From a virus (taxonomy: Duplodnaviria; Heunggongvirae; Uroviricota; Caudoviricetes), in IMG/VR virus record IMGVR_UViG_2778261538_000001: a stretch of DNA of 43,878 bases, one strand, 5' to 3'. The notes beneath the pieces are model-generated. The model was given only the letters and a program-made list of their open reading frames with translations, ran no database searches and was not told where the DNA came from. The translations under genes and the position numbers were made by a program. Within the stretch, counting starts at the first letter, position 1. The number at the start of each line of letters is the position of its first letter. Shown here in pieces: positions 18,731 through 32,724 of this stretch.

Positions 18731-18946
18731 ATGAAATCCATGGATAAGTTAACAACGGGTGTCGCCTATGGCACCTCAGCAGGTAGTGCCGGGTACTGGT
18801 TTTTACAGTTGCTCGATAAAGTCACGCCCTCACAGTGGGCGGCAATAGGTGTGCTGGGTAGTCTGGTATTTGGCTTGCTGACGTATCTGACAAACCTTTA
18901 TTTCAAGATTAAAGAAGATAAGCGTAAGGCTGCGAGAGGTGAATAA
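18731..18946 (+). CDS. essD: Class II pinholin (S21 type) with dual start M1-K-S-M4, 71 aa
   Basis: Translation [18 protein letters not shown]... two TM segments; matches phage 21 S / DLP12 EssD from memory. Confidence 0.88.
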
Positions 18947-19443
18947 TGTCGCCATCATTACGCAAGGCTATTGCTGCTGCTATTGGTGGTGGGGCTGTTG
19001 CCATAGCGTCTGTGCTCATCACTGGTCCGAGTGGTGACGATGGCCTGGAAGGTGTCAGCTACATACCATACAAAGATATCGTTGGCGTATGGACTGTATG
19101 TCACGGACACACCGGAAAAGACATCATGCTCGGTAAAACGTATACCGAAGCAGAATGCAAAGCCCTCCTGAATAAAGACCTTGCCACTGTCGCCAGACAA
19201 ATTAACCCGTACATCACAGTCGATATACCGGAAACAACGCGCGGCGCTCTTTACTCGTTCGTTTACAACGTGGGCGCTGGCAATTTCAGAACATCGACGC
19301 TTCTTCGCAAAATAAACCAGGGCGATATCAAAGGCGCATGTGATCAGCTACGTCGCTGGACATATGCTGGCGGTAAGCAATGGAAAGGTCTCATGACTCG
19401 TCGTGAGATTGAGCGTGAAATCTGTTTGTGGGGTCAGCAATGA
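18946..19443 (+). CDS. rrrD: SAR endolysin (lysozyme), 165 aa
   Basis: Gly/Ala-rich signal-anchor-release N-terminus ([20 protein letters not shown]) then lysozyme domain; ATGA overlap with holin stop. Confidence 0.9.
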   Translation: MSPSLRKAIAAAIGGGAVAIASVLITGPSGDDGLEGVSYIPYKDIVGVWTVCHGHTGKDIMLGKTYTEAECKALLNKDLATVARQINPYITVDIPETTRGALYSFVYNVGAGNFRTSTLLRKINQGDIKGACDQLRRWTYAGGKQWKGLMTRREIEREICLWGQQ

Positions 19444-19898
19444 ACAGAGTAACCGCGATTATCTCCGCTCTGGTTATCTGCATCATCGTCTGCCTGTCAT
19501 GGGCTGTTAATCATTACCGTGATAACGCCATTACCTACAAAGCCCAGCGCGACAAAAATGCCAGAGAACTGAAGCTGGCGAACGCGGCAATTACTGACAT
19601 GCAGATGCGTCAGCGTGATGTAGCAGAACTCGACGCCAGATACACAAAGGAGCTTGCTGATGCTAACGCGACTATCGAAAGTCTTCGTGCTGATGTTTCT
19701 GCTGGGCGTAAGCGCCTGCAAGTCGCCGCCACCTGTGCAAAGTCAACGACCGGAGCCAGCAGCATGGGCGATGGAGAAAGCCCAAGACTTACAGCAGATG
19801 CTGAACTCAATTATTACCGTCTCCGAAGTGGAATCGACAAGATAACCGCGCAGGTCAACTACCTGCAGGAGTACATCAGGACGCAGTGCTTAAAATAA
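19440..19898 (+). CDS. Rz i-spanin, 152 aa
   Basis: N-terminal TM helix plus coiled-coil periplasmic domain; ATG overlaps endolysin stop. Confidence 0.85.
   Translation: MNRVTAIISALVICIIVCLSWAVNHYRDNAITYKAQRDKNARELKLANAAITDMQMRQRDVAELDARYTKELADANATIESLRADVSAGRKRLQVAATCAKSTTGASSMGDGESPRLTADAELNYYRLRSGIDKITAQVNYLQEYIRTQCLK
19654..19845 (+). CDS. Rz1 o-spanin lipoprotein embedded in the +1 frame of Rz, 63 aa
   Basis: Signal peptide with lipobox-like ...LLGVSAC then Pro-rich mature region ([13 protein letters not shown]). Confidence 0.7.
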   Translation: MLMLTRLSKVFVLMFLLGVSACKSPPPVQSQRPEPAAWAMEKAQDLQQMLNSIITVSEVESTR

Positions 19899-19936
19899 TT
19901 TTAATTTCACTGAAATTTTATACGTGACTTTCAGGA

Positions 19937-19965
19937 AAATGCCTCGCAGATGCGGGGCATTTTTG
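19937..19965 (+). terminator. Rho-independent terminator after the lysis cassette
   Basis: GCCTCGCA-ga-TGCGGGGC stem-loop followed by ATTTTT. Confidence 0.55.
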
Positions 19966-20314
19966 TACAGGTATTTCACCGCGCACCGGAGCGCACTCAA
20001 CCACGTCGAACCAAACCCTTTGGAATGAGCCTTTGAGTAGTCAGTTAGTGCTGGTGAGCCTTGACGGGCTGATCTCCTATGCAGCAAAGGTTCATCACAA
20101 AGTAAGGCGAACGCTATGACAAACCAAGATTCTATAGACCTATCTGATCTTCGTGGAATGGTCAGTTTTCCAGACAAAAGGTAATCACCATAGTCGTATG
20201 GCTATGAATCTTGTTGCTGCAGATAAGCATTTTGTGATTGAAGTGGTCAAATCTCTCAAATGCAGTAAAATGCAGTGCGCTATAATTCAATAACGGAGGG
20301 AGTAAGGAGAAGTC

Positions 20315-20935
20315 ATGAAAGATCAAGATGTTAGGTTCGCGGTGCATCATAAGCTTTTGAAAGAATCGCATTTAGATCCAGACTGTCTTGTGGTCGATGA
20401 ATTTTCCATATCCCTTGGCGCCAGTAGAGCAGACATTGCTGTAATAAATGGTGTTATACACGGGTACGAGCTCAAAAGTGAATATGACTCTTTGGAGCGT
20501 TTGCCTCTTCAAATCAAGCATTATTCTTCTGTAATGGACAAGGTTACTCTTGTCGTAGCTGAGAAACACCTTGAGGGAGCATTAAAGTTAATCCCAGGTT
20601 GGTGGGGCGTTAAAACGGTTTCTGTTGGGCCAAAAGGCGCCATTCTTATAAAGCACATGCGTGGAGAAAAGCTTAATCGAAACCATGACACATTGATGCT
20701 CGCTCAATTGCTTTGGAAAGATGAATGTATCGACGTACTTGAACGATGGGGCTATTCCAAAGGAATCAAAAGCAAGCCCCGATTTGAGTTATGGAATATT
20801 ATTGCGGAAAATATTCCAATAGCGAATCTCAGGCTTGAAGTCAGAACAGCCTTAAAGAAACGCGTAGGCTGGAAAGTTAAGGCTTGGCAGGCTGAGTCTG
20901 CGCCAACCAATAAAGCTGTCTCACGACTAACGTAA
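20315..20935 (+). CDS. PD-(D/E)xK-like protein (possibly sce7726 family), 206 aa
   Basis: Motif VVDEF...RADIAV...GYELKSE (D...D...E-x-K) in the N-terminal half; AT-rich; convergent with and overlapping its partner. Confidence 0.6.
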   Translation: MKDQDVRFAVHHKLLKESHLDPDCLVVDEFSISLGASRADIAVINGVIHGYELKSEYDSLERLPLQIKHYSSVMDKVTLVVAEKHLEGALKLIPGWWGVKTVSVGPKGAILIKHMRGEKLNRNHDTLMLAQLLWKDECIDVLERWGYSKGIKSKPRFELWNIIAENIPIANLRLEVRTALKKRVGWKVKAWQAESAPTNKAVSRLT

Positions 20936-21944
20936 TATGGTGCGTATGTGCAACTTTACGCCATTCTTTAGAGCCGCCAGATTTGTTAGCGCCTAATGAT
21001 CTTTGGTAAATGTAATCATCCCCCCAACTAAATTTGGAGCCAAAGACTTGATACTCTGGCGAACTAACAAGGGTAGTACATAAGTTTTTAGTTTGGCCCC
21101 ATCCATTTCCTTTAACTGCGGTACCTTTTACAAAGATCCATGAGGTATCGTTCGAATATCTCACTGAGACATACTGAGACATGAAGCGTGGGTCTACGCT
21201 CGTAATGGTAGAGCTAGCGGTGGGATAATCACTAAAACTTGGCGTTCTTCCATTGCTAAAATTCTGTACTACGTACATCCAAAGATCGTATTCATGGCGC
21301 GGAATATGATGAACTTGATGTTGCGGTATCCCTGCCTGTGATGCCGGGTATGCGGTTGAAGATAAAATCAAGTTTCTCCACGGAGCTTGGCCTGATAATG
21401 TGTTGACCATGCTTAATGCTTGTTGTTTTAAACTATCAGTTGCGTTTTGAATATCTCCAAAATCAATGATTACATCAATTAAACTAGGATGAATATTTAA
21501 GTGGTTAACCAGACTTGTGAATTGGTGCCATGTCTGGGGGGTGATAGATATAGCGAGCCCATTGATTAAGTTGCGTTGAACAGCATGTATATAGTTTGTT
21601 GAATATGCGGGAGAAACAACAGGGATAATTTCCTTACCATTTACTCTAGCATCTTGGATACACATATCTAGAGGATGATGGCGGCTCGAACCATGTTTAT
21701 CTAAATATTTAACATCCAGCAAAACAGGACGATTGGCTTTCCAGGATGCCGCAAGGTTAATACCGAAGTCAGATAAGTAAGAACTCAAACTCTTCTTGTA
21801 GCATTCGTTTTCATAATCCCAGTCTATGTCTGGAATGGTAATGATCGGAGTAAAACCAGAGAGCGTAGTTTGATCTAAAAGCATCAGAGATTCATATTCA
21901 GCAGGCTTCCATTTCAGCTGTGGATAATATTGATGTTGACTCAT
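20877..21944 (-). CDS. Uncharacterised 355-aa protein, partner of the PD-(D/E)xK-like gene (possibly sce7725 / beta-protein family)
   Basis: Long AT-rich ORF convergent with 20315..20935, 59-nt 3' overlap; no catalytic motif recognised. Confidence 0.6.
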   Translation of the reverse strand: MSQHQYYPQLKWKPAEYESLMLLDQTTLSGFTPIITIPDIDWDYENECYKKSLSSYLSDFGINLAASWKANRPVLLDVKYLDKHGSSRHHPLDMCIQDARVNGKEIIPVVSPAYSTNYIHAVQRNLINGLAISITPQTWHQFTSLVNHLNIHPSLIDVIIDFGDIQNATDSLKQQALSMVNTLSGQAPWRNLILSSTAYPASQAGIPQHQVHHIPRHEYDLWMYVVQNFSNGRTPSFSDYPTASSTITSVDPRFMSQYVSVRYSNDTSWIFVKGTAVKGNGWGQTKNLCTTLVSSPEYQVFGSKFSWGDDYIYQRSLGANKSGGSKEWRKVAHTHHITLVVRQLYWLAQTQPAKP

Positions 21945-22149
21945 TAAAACTCCTTAAAATCTTTACTTATCCTAAGTATAGTGTTATGGCGTAACGCCAA
22001 TTGTTTTTATACACTTGAAAACATTGGGAAAAGTTGAGCTATATCTAAATTTACAAAATTGGATGTTATAGAAATCGAGGTTTCAACTAGGCATGGAACT
22101 GCAAAATTTTTAATGCCTGCACGCGAAAGTCGTTGGCGGGTCCTTTCCG

Positions 22150-22356
22150 GTGATCCAGACCGTTACGGGGCGGCGACCTCGCGGGTTTTCGCTATTTATG
22201 AAAATTTTCCGGTTTAAGGCGTTTCCGTTCTTCTTCGCCGTAACCTAATGTTTTTATTTAAAACACCCCCTGAAAAGAAAGGAAACGACAGGTGCTGAAA
22301 ACGGGCTTTTTAGCCTCTGTCGTTTCCTTTCTCTGTTTTTGTCCGTGGAATGAACA
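22150..22356 (+). other. cos site: cosN with 12-nt cohesive end GGGCGGCGACCT at 22168-22179, followed by cosB up to the Nu1 start
   Basis: Sequence ...CCGTTACGGGGCGGCGACCTCGCGGGTTTTCGCTATTTATGAAAATTTTCCGG... matches the lambda cos region. Confidence 0.85.
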
Positions 22357-22876
22357 ATGGAAGTCAACAAAAAGCAGCTGGCTGACATTTTCGGTGCGAG
22401 TATCCGTACCATTCAGAACTGGCAGGAGCAGGGAATGCCCGTTCTGCGAGGTGGTGGGAAGGGTAATGAGGTGCTTTATGACTCTGCCGCCGTCATAAAA
22501 TGGTATGCCGAAAGGGATGCTGAAATTGAGAACGAAAAGCTGCGCCGGGAGGTTGAAGAACTGCGGCAGGCCAGCGAGGCAGATCTCCAGCCAGGGACTA
22601 TTGAGTACGAACGCCATCGACTTACGCGTGCGCAGGCCGACGCACAGGAACTGAAGAATGCCAGAGACTCCGCTGAAGTGGTGGAAACCGCATTCTGTAC
22701 TTTCGTGTTGTCGCGGATCGCAGGTGAAATTGCCAGTATTCTCGACGGGATCCCCCTGTCGGTGCAGCGGCGTTTTCCGGAACTGGAAAACCGACATGTT
22801 GATTTCCTGAAACGGGATATCATCAAAGCCATGAACAAAGCAGCCGCGCTGGATGAACTGATACCGGGGTTGCTGA

Positions 22877-22902
<26 letters not shown>
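22357..22902 (+). CDS. nu1: Terminase small subunit Nu1, 181 aa
   Basis: Translation MEVNKKQLADIFGASIRTIQNWQEQGMPVLRGGGKGNEVLY... essentially identical to lambda Nu1. Confidence 0.97.
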
Positions 22903-26583
<3,681 letters not shown>

Positions 26584-26603
<20 letters not shown>

Positions 26604-27915
26604 TCTCCCGCATATTGCCAGCATGGCCTTTAATGAGCCGCTGATGCTTGAACCCGCCTATGCGCGGGTTTTCTTTTGTGCGCTTGCAGGCCAGCTTGGG
26701 ATCAGCCGCCTGACGGATGCGGTGTCCGGCGACAGCCTGACTGCCCAGGAGGCACTCGCGACGCTGGCATTATCCGGTGATGATGACGGACCACGACAGG
26801 CCCGGAGTTATCAGGTCATGAACGGCATCGCCGTGCTGCCGGTGTCCGGCACGCCGGTCAGCCGGACGCGGGCGCTGCAGCCGTACTCGGGGATGACCGG
26901 TTACAACGGCATTATCGCCCGTCTGCAACAGGCTGCCAGCGACCCGATGGTGGACGGCATTCTGCTCGATATGGACACGCCAGGCGGAATGGTGGCGGGG
27001 GCATTTGACTGCGCTGACATCATCGCCCGTGTGCGTGACATAAAACCGGTATGGGCGCTGGCCAACGACATGAACTGCAGTGCAGGTCAGCTGCTTGCCA
27101 GTGCCGCCTCCCGGCGTCTGGTCACGCAGACCGCCCGGACAGGCTCCATCGGCGTCATGATGGCTCACAGTAATTACGGTGCTGTCCTGGAGAAACAGGG
27201 TGTGGAAATCACGCTGATTTACAGCGGCAGCCATAAGGTGGATGGCAATCCCTACAGCCATCTTCCGGATGACGTCCGGGAGACACTGCAGTCCCGGATG
27301 GACGCAACCCGCCAGATGTTTGCGCAGAAGGTGTCGGCATATACCGGCCTGTCTGTGCAGGCTGTGCTGGATACCGAGGCTGCAGTGTACAGCGGTCAGG
27401 AGGCCATTGATGCCGGACTGGCTGATGAACTTGTTAACAGCAGCGATGCGATCACCGTCATGCGTGATGCACTGGATGCACGTAAATCCCGTCTCTCAGG
27501 AGGGCGAATGACCAAAGAGACTCAATCAACAACTGTTTCAGCCACTGCTTCGCAGGCTGACATCACCACCGTGGAGCCTGCGAAGGAGGGCGAAAACGCC
27601 AGCGCGGCGCAGCCGGATGTGAACGCACAGATCACCGCAGCGGTTGCGGCAGAAAACAGCCGCATTATGGGGATCCTCAACTGTGAGGAGGCTCACGGAC
27701 GCGAAGAACAGGCGCGCGTTCTGGCAGAAACCCCCGGAATGACCGTGGAAACGGCCCGCCGCATTCTGGCCGCAGCACCACAGAGTGCACAGGCGCGCAG
27801 TGACACTGCGCTGGATCGTCTGATGCAGGGTGCACCGGCACCGCTGGCTGCAGGTAACCTGGCATCTGATACCAATAAAGAATTACTTAATACACCTGAA
27901 GCTTTACCGGTATAA
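26584..27915 (+). CDS. C: Prohead protease / minor capsid protein C (GTG start at 26584), about 443 aa
   Basis: Translation from TAELRNLPHIASMAFNEPLMLEPAYARVFF... matches lambda gpC; extreme C-terminus differs slightly. Confidence 0.9.
27508..27915 (+). CDS. nu3: Scaffolding protein Nu3 (in-frame internal start within C)
   Basis: Internal ATG at 27508 (MTKETQSTTVSATASQ...) preceded by GGAGGG, as in lambda. Confidence 0.7.
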   Translation: MTKETQSTTVSATASQADITTVEPAKEGENASAAQPDVNAQITAAVAAENSRIMGILNCEEAHGREEQARVLAETPGMTVETARRILAAAPQSAQARSDTALDRLMQGAPAPLAAGNLASDTNKELLNTPEALPV

Positions 27916-27924
27916 GAGGCAGTT

Positions 27925-28257
27925 ATGGCGACAAAAGAAGAGTTTAACCATTACCAGCCGCTGGGTAACAGTGATCCGGCTCATACAGCAATTGCGCCTG
28001 GCGGATTGAGTGCGAAAACGCCTGCAATGACCCCACTGATGCTGGATGGCACTACCCGTAAGCTGGTTGTGTGGGATGGCACCACCGACGGTGCAGCCGT
28101 TGGCATTCTTGCGGTTGCTGCTGACCAGACCAGCACCACACTGACGTTCTACAAGTCCGGCTCGTTCCGTTATGAGGATGTGCTCTGGCCGGAGGCTGCC
28201 AGCGACGAGACGAAAAAACGGACCGCGTTTGCCGGAACGGCAATCAGCATCGTTTAA
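27925..28257 (+). CDS. D: Head decoration protein D, 110 aa
   Basis: Translation closely matches lambda gpD. Confidence 0.95.
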   Translation: MATKEEFNHYQPLGNSDPAHTAIAPGGLSAKTPAMTPLMLDGTTRKLVVWDGTTDGAAVGILAVAADQTSTTLTFYKSGSFRYEDVLWPEAASDETKKRTAFAGTAISIV

Positions 28258-28312
28258 TCTTCCCCTTCATCAACAAAGGCCGCCTGTGCGGCTTTTTTTA
28301 TGGAAATAATTT

Positions 28313-29338
28313 ATGTCTGTATATACAACTGCAGAATTACTGGCATCGACCCAGCATCACTTTAAGTTCGATCCGCTGTTTCTGCGCCTGTTTTTCCGTG
28401 AAACCTATCCTTTCACCACGGAAAAAGTCTATCTCTCACAAATTCCGGGACTGGTAAACATGGCGCTGTACGTTTCGCCGATTGTTTCCGGTGAGGTTAT
28501 CCGATCCCGTGGCGGCTCCACCTCTGAATTTACGCCGGGTTATGTCAAGCCGAAGCATGAGGTGAATCCGCAGATGACCCTGCGTCGCCTGCCGGATGAA
28601 GATCCGCAGAACCTGGCTGACCCGGCTTACCGTCGTCGCCGTATTATTCGGCAGAATATGCTGGATGAAAATCTGGCGATTGCCCAGGTCGAAGAGATGC
28701 AGGCAGTTTCTGCCGTGCTTAAGGGCAAATATACCATGACCGGTGAAGCCTTCGATCCGGTTGAGGTGGATATGGGCCGCAGTGAGGCGAATAACATCAC
28801 GCAGTCCGGCGGCACGGAGTGGAGCAAGCGTGACAAGTCCACGTATGACCCGACCGACGATATCGAAGCCTACGCGCTGAACGCCAGCGGTGTGGTGAAT
28901 ATCATCGTGTTTGATCCGAAAGGCTGGGCGCTGTTCCGTTCCTTCAAAGCCGTCAAGGAGAAGCTGGATACCCGTCGCGGCTCTCATTCCGAGCTGGAGA
29001 CAGCGGTAAAAGACCTGGGCAAAGCGGTGTCTTATAAGGGAATGTATGGCGATGTGGCCATCGTCGTGTATTCCGGACAGTACGTGGAAAACGGCGTCAA
29101 AAAGAACTTCCTGCCGGACAACACGATGGTGCTGGGGAACACTCAGGCACGCGGTCTGCGCACCTATGGTTGCATTCAGGATGCGGACGCACAGCGCGAA
29201 GGCATTAACGCCTCTGCCCGTTACCCGAAAAACTGGGTGACCACCGGCGACCCGGCGCGTGAGTTCACCATGATTCAGTCAGCACCGCTGATGCTGCTGG
29301 CTGACCCTGATGAGTTCGTGTCTGTACAACTGGCGTAA
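28313..29338 (+). CDS. E: Major capsid protein E, 341 aa
   Basis: Length and translation match lambda gpE. Confidence 0.97.
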   Translation: MSVYTTAELLASTQHHFKFDPLFLRLFFRETYPFTTEKVYLSQIPGLVNMALYVSPIVSGEVIRSRGGSTSEFTPGYVKPKHEVNPQMTLRRLPDEDPQNLADPAYRRRRIIRQNMLDENLAIAQVEEMQAVSAVLKGKYTMTGEAFDPVEVDMGRSEANNITQSGGTEWSKRDKSTYDPTDDIEAYALNASGVVNIIVFDPKGWALFRSFKAVKEKLDTRRGSHSELETAVKDLGKAVSYKGMYGDVAIVVYSGQYVENGVKKNFLPDNTMVLGNTQARGLRTYGCIQDADAQREGINASARYPKNWVTTGDPAREFTMIQSAPLMLLADPDEFVSVQLA

Positions 29339-29379
29339 TCATGGCCCTTCGGAGCCATTGTTTCTCTGTGGAGGAGTCC

Positions 29380-29775
29380 ATGACGAAAGATGAACTGATT
29401 GCCCGTCTCCGCTCGCTGGGTGAACAACTGAACCGTGATATCAGCCTGACGGGGACGAAAGAAGAACTGGCGCTCCGTGTGGCAGAACTGGAAGAAGAGC
29501 TTGATGACACGGGCGACACTGCCGGTCAGGATATCCCTCTCAGCCCGGAAAATGTGCTGACCGGACATGAAAATGAGGTTGTATCAGCGCAGCCGGATAC
29601 CGTGACTGATACGGCTGATCTGGTCACGGTTGTGGCACTGGTGACGCTGCATACTGATGCACTTCACGCCACGCGGGATGAGGCTGTGGCATTTGTGCTG
29701 CCGGGAACGGCGTTCCGTGTCTCTGCCGGTGTGGCAGCTGAAATGACAGAGCGCGGCCTGGCCAGAATACAATAA
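29380..29775 (+). CDS. FI: DNA packaging protein FI, 131 aa
   Basis: Translation MTKDELIARLRSLGEQLNRD... matches lambda FI. Confidence 0.9.
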   Translation: MTKDELIARLRSLGEQLNRDISLTGTKEELALRVAELEEELDDTGDTAGQDIPLSPENVLTGHENEVVSAQPDTVTDTADLVTVVALVTLHTDALHATRDEAVAFVLPGTAFRVSAGVAAEMTERGLARIQ

Positions 29776-29786
29776 CGGGAGGCGCT

Positions 29787-30140
29787 GTGGCTGATTTCGA
29801 TAACCTGTTCGATGCTGCCATTGCCTGCGCCGATGAAACGATACGCGGGTACATGGGAACGTCAGCCACCATGACATCCGGTGAGCAGTCCGGTGCTGTG
29901 ATACGTGGTGTTTTTGATGACCCTGAAAATATCAGCTATGCCGGACAGGGCGTGCGCGTTGAAGGCTCCAGCCCGTCCCTATTTGTCCGGACTGATGATG
30001 TGCGGCAGCTGCGGCGCGGCGACACGCTGACCATCGGTGAGGAAAACTTCTGGATAGACCGGATTTCGCCGGATGATGGCGGAAGCTGTCATCTCTGGCT
30101 TGGGCGGGGCGTACCGCCTGCCGTTAACCGTCGCCGCTGA
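29787..30140 (+). CDS. FII: Head completion protein FII, 117 aa
   Basis: Translation matches lambda FII. Confidence 0.95.
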   Translation: MADFDNLFDAAIACADETIRGYMGTSATMTSGEQSGAVIRGVFDDPENISYAGQGVRVEGSSPSLFVRTDDVRQLRRGDTLTIGEENFWIDRISPDDGGSCHLWLGRGVPPAVNRRR

Positions 30141-30151
30141 AAGGGGGATGT

Positions 30152-30730
30152 ATGGCCATAAAAGGTCTTGAGCAGGCCGTTGAAAACCTCAGCCGTATCA
30201 GCAGAACGGCGGTGCCCGGTGCCGCCGCAATGGCCATTAACCGCGTTGCTTCATCCGCGATATCGCAGTCGGTGGCACAGGTTGCCCGTGAGACAAAGGT
30301 ACGCCGGAAACTGGTAAAGGAAAGGGCCAGGCTGAAAAGGGCCACAGTCAAAAATCCGCAGGCCAGAATCAAAGTTAACCGGGGGGATTTGCCCGTAATC
30401 AGGCTGGGTAACGCGCGGGTTGTCCTGTCCCGACGCAGGCGTCGTAAAAAGGGGCAGCGTTCATCCCTGAAAGGTGGCGGCAGCGTGCTTGTGGTGGGAA
30501 ACCGTCGTATTCCCGGCGCGTTTATTCAGCAACTGAAAAATGGCCGCTGGCATGTCATGCAGCGTGTGGCCGGGAAAAACCGTTACCCCATTGATGTGGT
30601 GAAAATTCCGATGGCGGTGCCGCTGACCACGGCGTTTAAACAGAATATTGAGCGGATACGGCGTGAGCGTCTTCCGAAAGAGCTGGGCTATGCGCTGCAG
30701 CATCAACTGAGGATGGTAATAAAGCGATGA
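30152..30730 (+). CDS. Z: Tail completion protein Z, 192 aa
   Basis: Length and order match lambda gpZ. Confidence 0.93.
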   Translation: MAIKGLEQAVENLSRISRTAVPGAAAMAINRVASSAISQSVAQVARETKVRRKLVKERARLKRATVKNPQARIKVNRGDLPVIRLGNARVVLSRRRRRKKGQRSSLKGGGSVLVVGNRRIPGAFIQQLKNGRWHVMQRVAGKNRYPIDVVKIPMAVPLTTAFKQNIERIRRERLPKELGYALQHQLRMVIKR

Positions 30731-31122
30731 AACATACTGAACTCCGTGCAGCCGTACTGGATGCACTGGAAAAACATGACACCGGGGCGACGCTTTTTGA
30801 TGGTCGCCCCGCTGTTTTTGATGAGGCGGATTTTCCGGCAATTGCCGTTTATCTCACCGGCGCTGAATACACGGGCGAAGAGCTGGACAGCGATACCTGG
30901 CAGGCGGAGCTGCATATTGAAGTTTTCCTGCCTGCTCAGGTGCCGGATTCAGCGCTGGATTCGTGGATGGAGTCCCGGATTTATCCGGTGATGAGCGATA
31001 TCCCGGCACTGTCAGATTTGATCACCAGTATGGTGGCCAGTGGCTATGACTACCGACGCGACGATGATGCGGGCCTGTGGAGTTCAGCCGATCTGACTTA
31101 TGTCATTACCTATGAAATGTGA
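30727..31122 (+). CDS. U: Tail terminator U, 131 aa
   Basis: Length and order match lambda gpU. Confidence 0.93.
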   Translation: MKHTELRAAVLDALEKHDTGATLFDGRPAVFDEADFPAIAVYLTGAEYTGEELDSDTWQAELHIEVFLPAQVPDSALDSWMESRIYPVMSDIPALSDLITSMVASGYDYRRDDDAGLWSSADLTYVITYEM

Positions 31123-31129
31123 GGACGAT

Positions 31130-31870
31130 ATGCCTGTACCAAATCCTACAATGCCGGTGAAAGGTGCCGGGACCACACTGTGGGTTTATAAGGGGAACGG
31201 TGACCCTTATGCGAACCCGCTTTCAGACGTGGACTGGTCGCGTCTGGCAAAAGTTAAAGACCTGACGCCCGGCGAACTGACCGCTGAGTCCTATGACGAC
31301 AGCTATCTCGATGATGAAGATGCGGACTGGACTGCGACCGGGCAGGGGCAGAAATCAGCCGGAGATACCAGCTTCACGCTGGCGTGGATGCCCGGAGAAC
31401 AGGGGCAGCAGGCGCTGCTGGCGTGGTTTAATGAAGGTGATACCCGTGCCTATAAAATCCGCTTCCCGAACGGCACGGTCGATGTGTTCCGTGGCTGGGT
31501 CAGCAGTATCGGTAAAGCGGTGACGGCGAAGGAAGTGATCACCCGCACGGTGAAGGTCACCAATGTGGGACGCCCGTCGATGGCAGAAGATCGCAGCACG
31601 GTCACAGCGGCAACCGGCATGACCGTGACGCCTGCCAGCACCTCGGTGGTGAAAGGGCAGAGCACGACGCTGACCGTGGCATTCCAGCCGGAAGGCGCAA
31701 CCGACAAGAGCTTCCGTGCGGTGTCTGCGGATAAAACAAAAGCCACCGTGTCGGTCAGTGGTATGACCATCACCGTGAACGGCGTTGCTGCAGGCAGGGT
31801 CAACATTCCGGTTGTATCCGGTAATGGTGAGTTTGCTGCGGTTGCAGAAATCACCGTCACCGCCAGTTAA
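31130..31870 (+). CDS. V: Major tail protein V, 246 aa
   Basis: Translation [22 protein letters not shown]... matches lambda gpV. Confidence 0.95.
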   Translation: MPVPNPTMPVKGAGTTLWVYKGNGDPYANPLSDVDWSRLAKVKDLTPGELTAESYDDSYLDDEDADWTATGQGQKSAGDTSFTLAWMPGEQGQQALLAWFNEGDTRAYKIRFPNGTVDVFRGWVSSIGKAVTAKEVITRTVKVTNVGRPSMAEDRSTVTAATGMTVTPASTSVVKGQSTTLTVAFQPEGATDKSFRAVSADKTKATVSVSGMTITVNGVAAGRVNIPVVSGNGEFAAVAEITVTAS

Positions 31871-31885
31871 TCCGGAGAGTCAGCG

Positions 31886-32308
31886 ATGTTCCTGAAAACC
31901 GAATCATTTGAACATAACGGCGTGACCGTCACGCTTTCTGAACTGTCAGCCCTGCAGCGTATTGAGCATCTTGCCCTGATGAAACGGCAGGCAGAACAGG
32001 CGGAGTCAGACAGCAACCGGCAGGTTACTGTGGAAGACGTCATCAGAACCGGCGCTTTTGTGGTGGCGATGTCCCTGTGGCATAACCATCCGAAGAAGAC
32101 GCAGATGCCGTCCATGAATGAGGCCGTTAAACAGATTGAGCAGGAAGTGCTTACCACCTGGCCCACAGAGGCAATTTCTCATGCTGAAAACGTGGTGTAC
32201 CGGCTGTCCGGTATGTCTGAGTTTGTGGTGAATAATGCCCCTGAACAGGCAGAGGACGCCGGGCCTGCAGAGCCTGTTTCTGCGGGAAAGTGTTCGACGG
32301 TGAGCTGA
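31886..32308 (+). CDS. G: Tail assembly chaperone G, 140 aa
   Basis: Translation matches lambda gpG; ends just after slippery heptamer. Confidence 0.95.
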   Translation: MFLKTESFEHNGVTVTLSELSALQRIEHLALMKRQAEQAESDSNRQVTVEDVIRTGAFVVAMSLWHNHPKKTQMPSMNEAVKQIEQEVLTTWPTEAISHAENVVYRLSGMSEFVVNNAPEQAEDAGPAEPVSAGKCSTVS

Positions 32309-32724
32309 GTTTTGCCCTGAAACTGGCGCGTGAGATGGGGCGACCCGACTGGCGCGCCATGCTTGCCGGGATGTCATCCACGGAGTATGCCGACTGGCAC
32401 CGCTTTTACAGTACCCACTATTTTCATGATGTTCTGCTGGATATGCACTTTTCCGGGCTGACGTACACCGTACTCAGCCTGTTTTTCAGCGATCCGGATA
32501 TGCATCCGCTGGATTTCAGTCTGCTGAACCGGCGTGAGGCTGACGAAGAGCCTGAAGATGATGTGCTGATGCAGAAAGCGGCAGGGCTTGCCGGAGGCGT
32601 CCGCTTTGACCCGGACGGGAATGAAGTTATCCCCGCTTCCCCGGATGTGACGGGCATGACGGAGGATGACGTAATGCTGATGACAGTATCAGAAGGGATC
32701 GCAGGAGGAGTCCGGTATGGCTGA
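32290..32724 (+). CDS. T: T segment of the G-T tail assembly chaperone, expressed by programmed -1 frameshift at G GGA AAG (32284-32290)
   Basis: Slippery heptamer GGGAAAG in the G frame; -1 frame continues as VFDGELSFALKLAREMGRPDW... to 32724. Confidence 0.8.
   Translation: MFDGELSFALKLAREMGRPDWRAMLAGMSSTEYADWHRFYSTHYFHDVLLDMHFSGLTYTVLSLFFSDPDMHPLDFSLLNRREADEEPEDDVLMQKAAGLAGGVRFDPDGNEVIPASPDVTGMTEDDVMLMTVSEGIAGGVRYG

Noticed and set aside
19890-20177. 95-aa minus-strand ORF at the position where bor would be
   Set aside because: Translation shows no lipoprotein signal or similarity to Bor; the region contains a plus-strand terminator and is more likely non-coding.
22258-22838. Minus-strand ORFs of 179 and 120 aa
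   Set aside because: Overlap cos and antisense to Nu1, which is lambda-identical.
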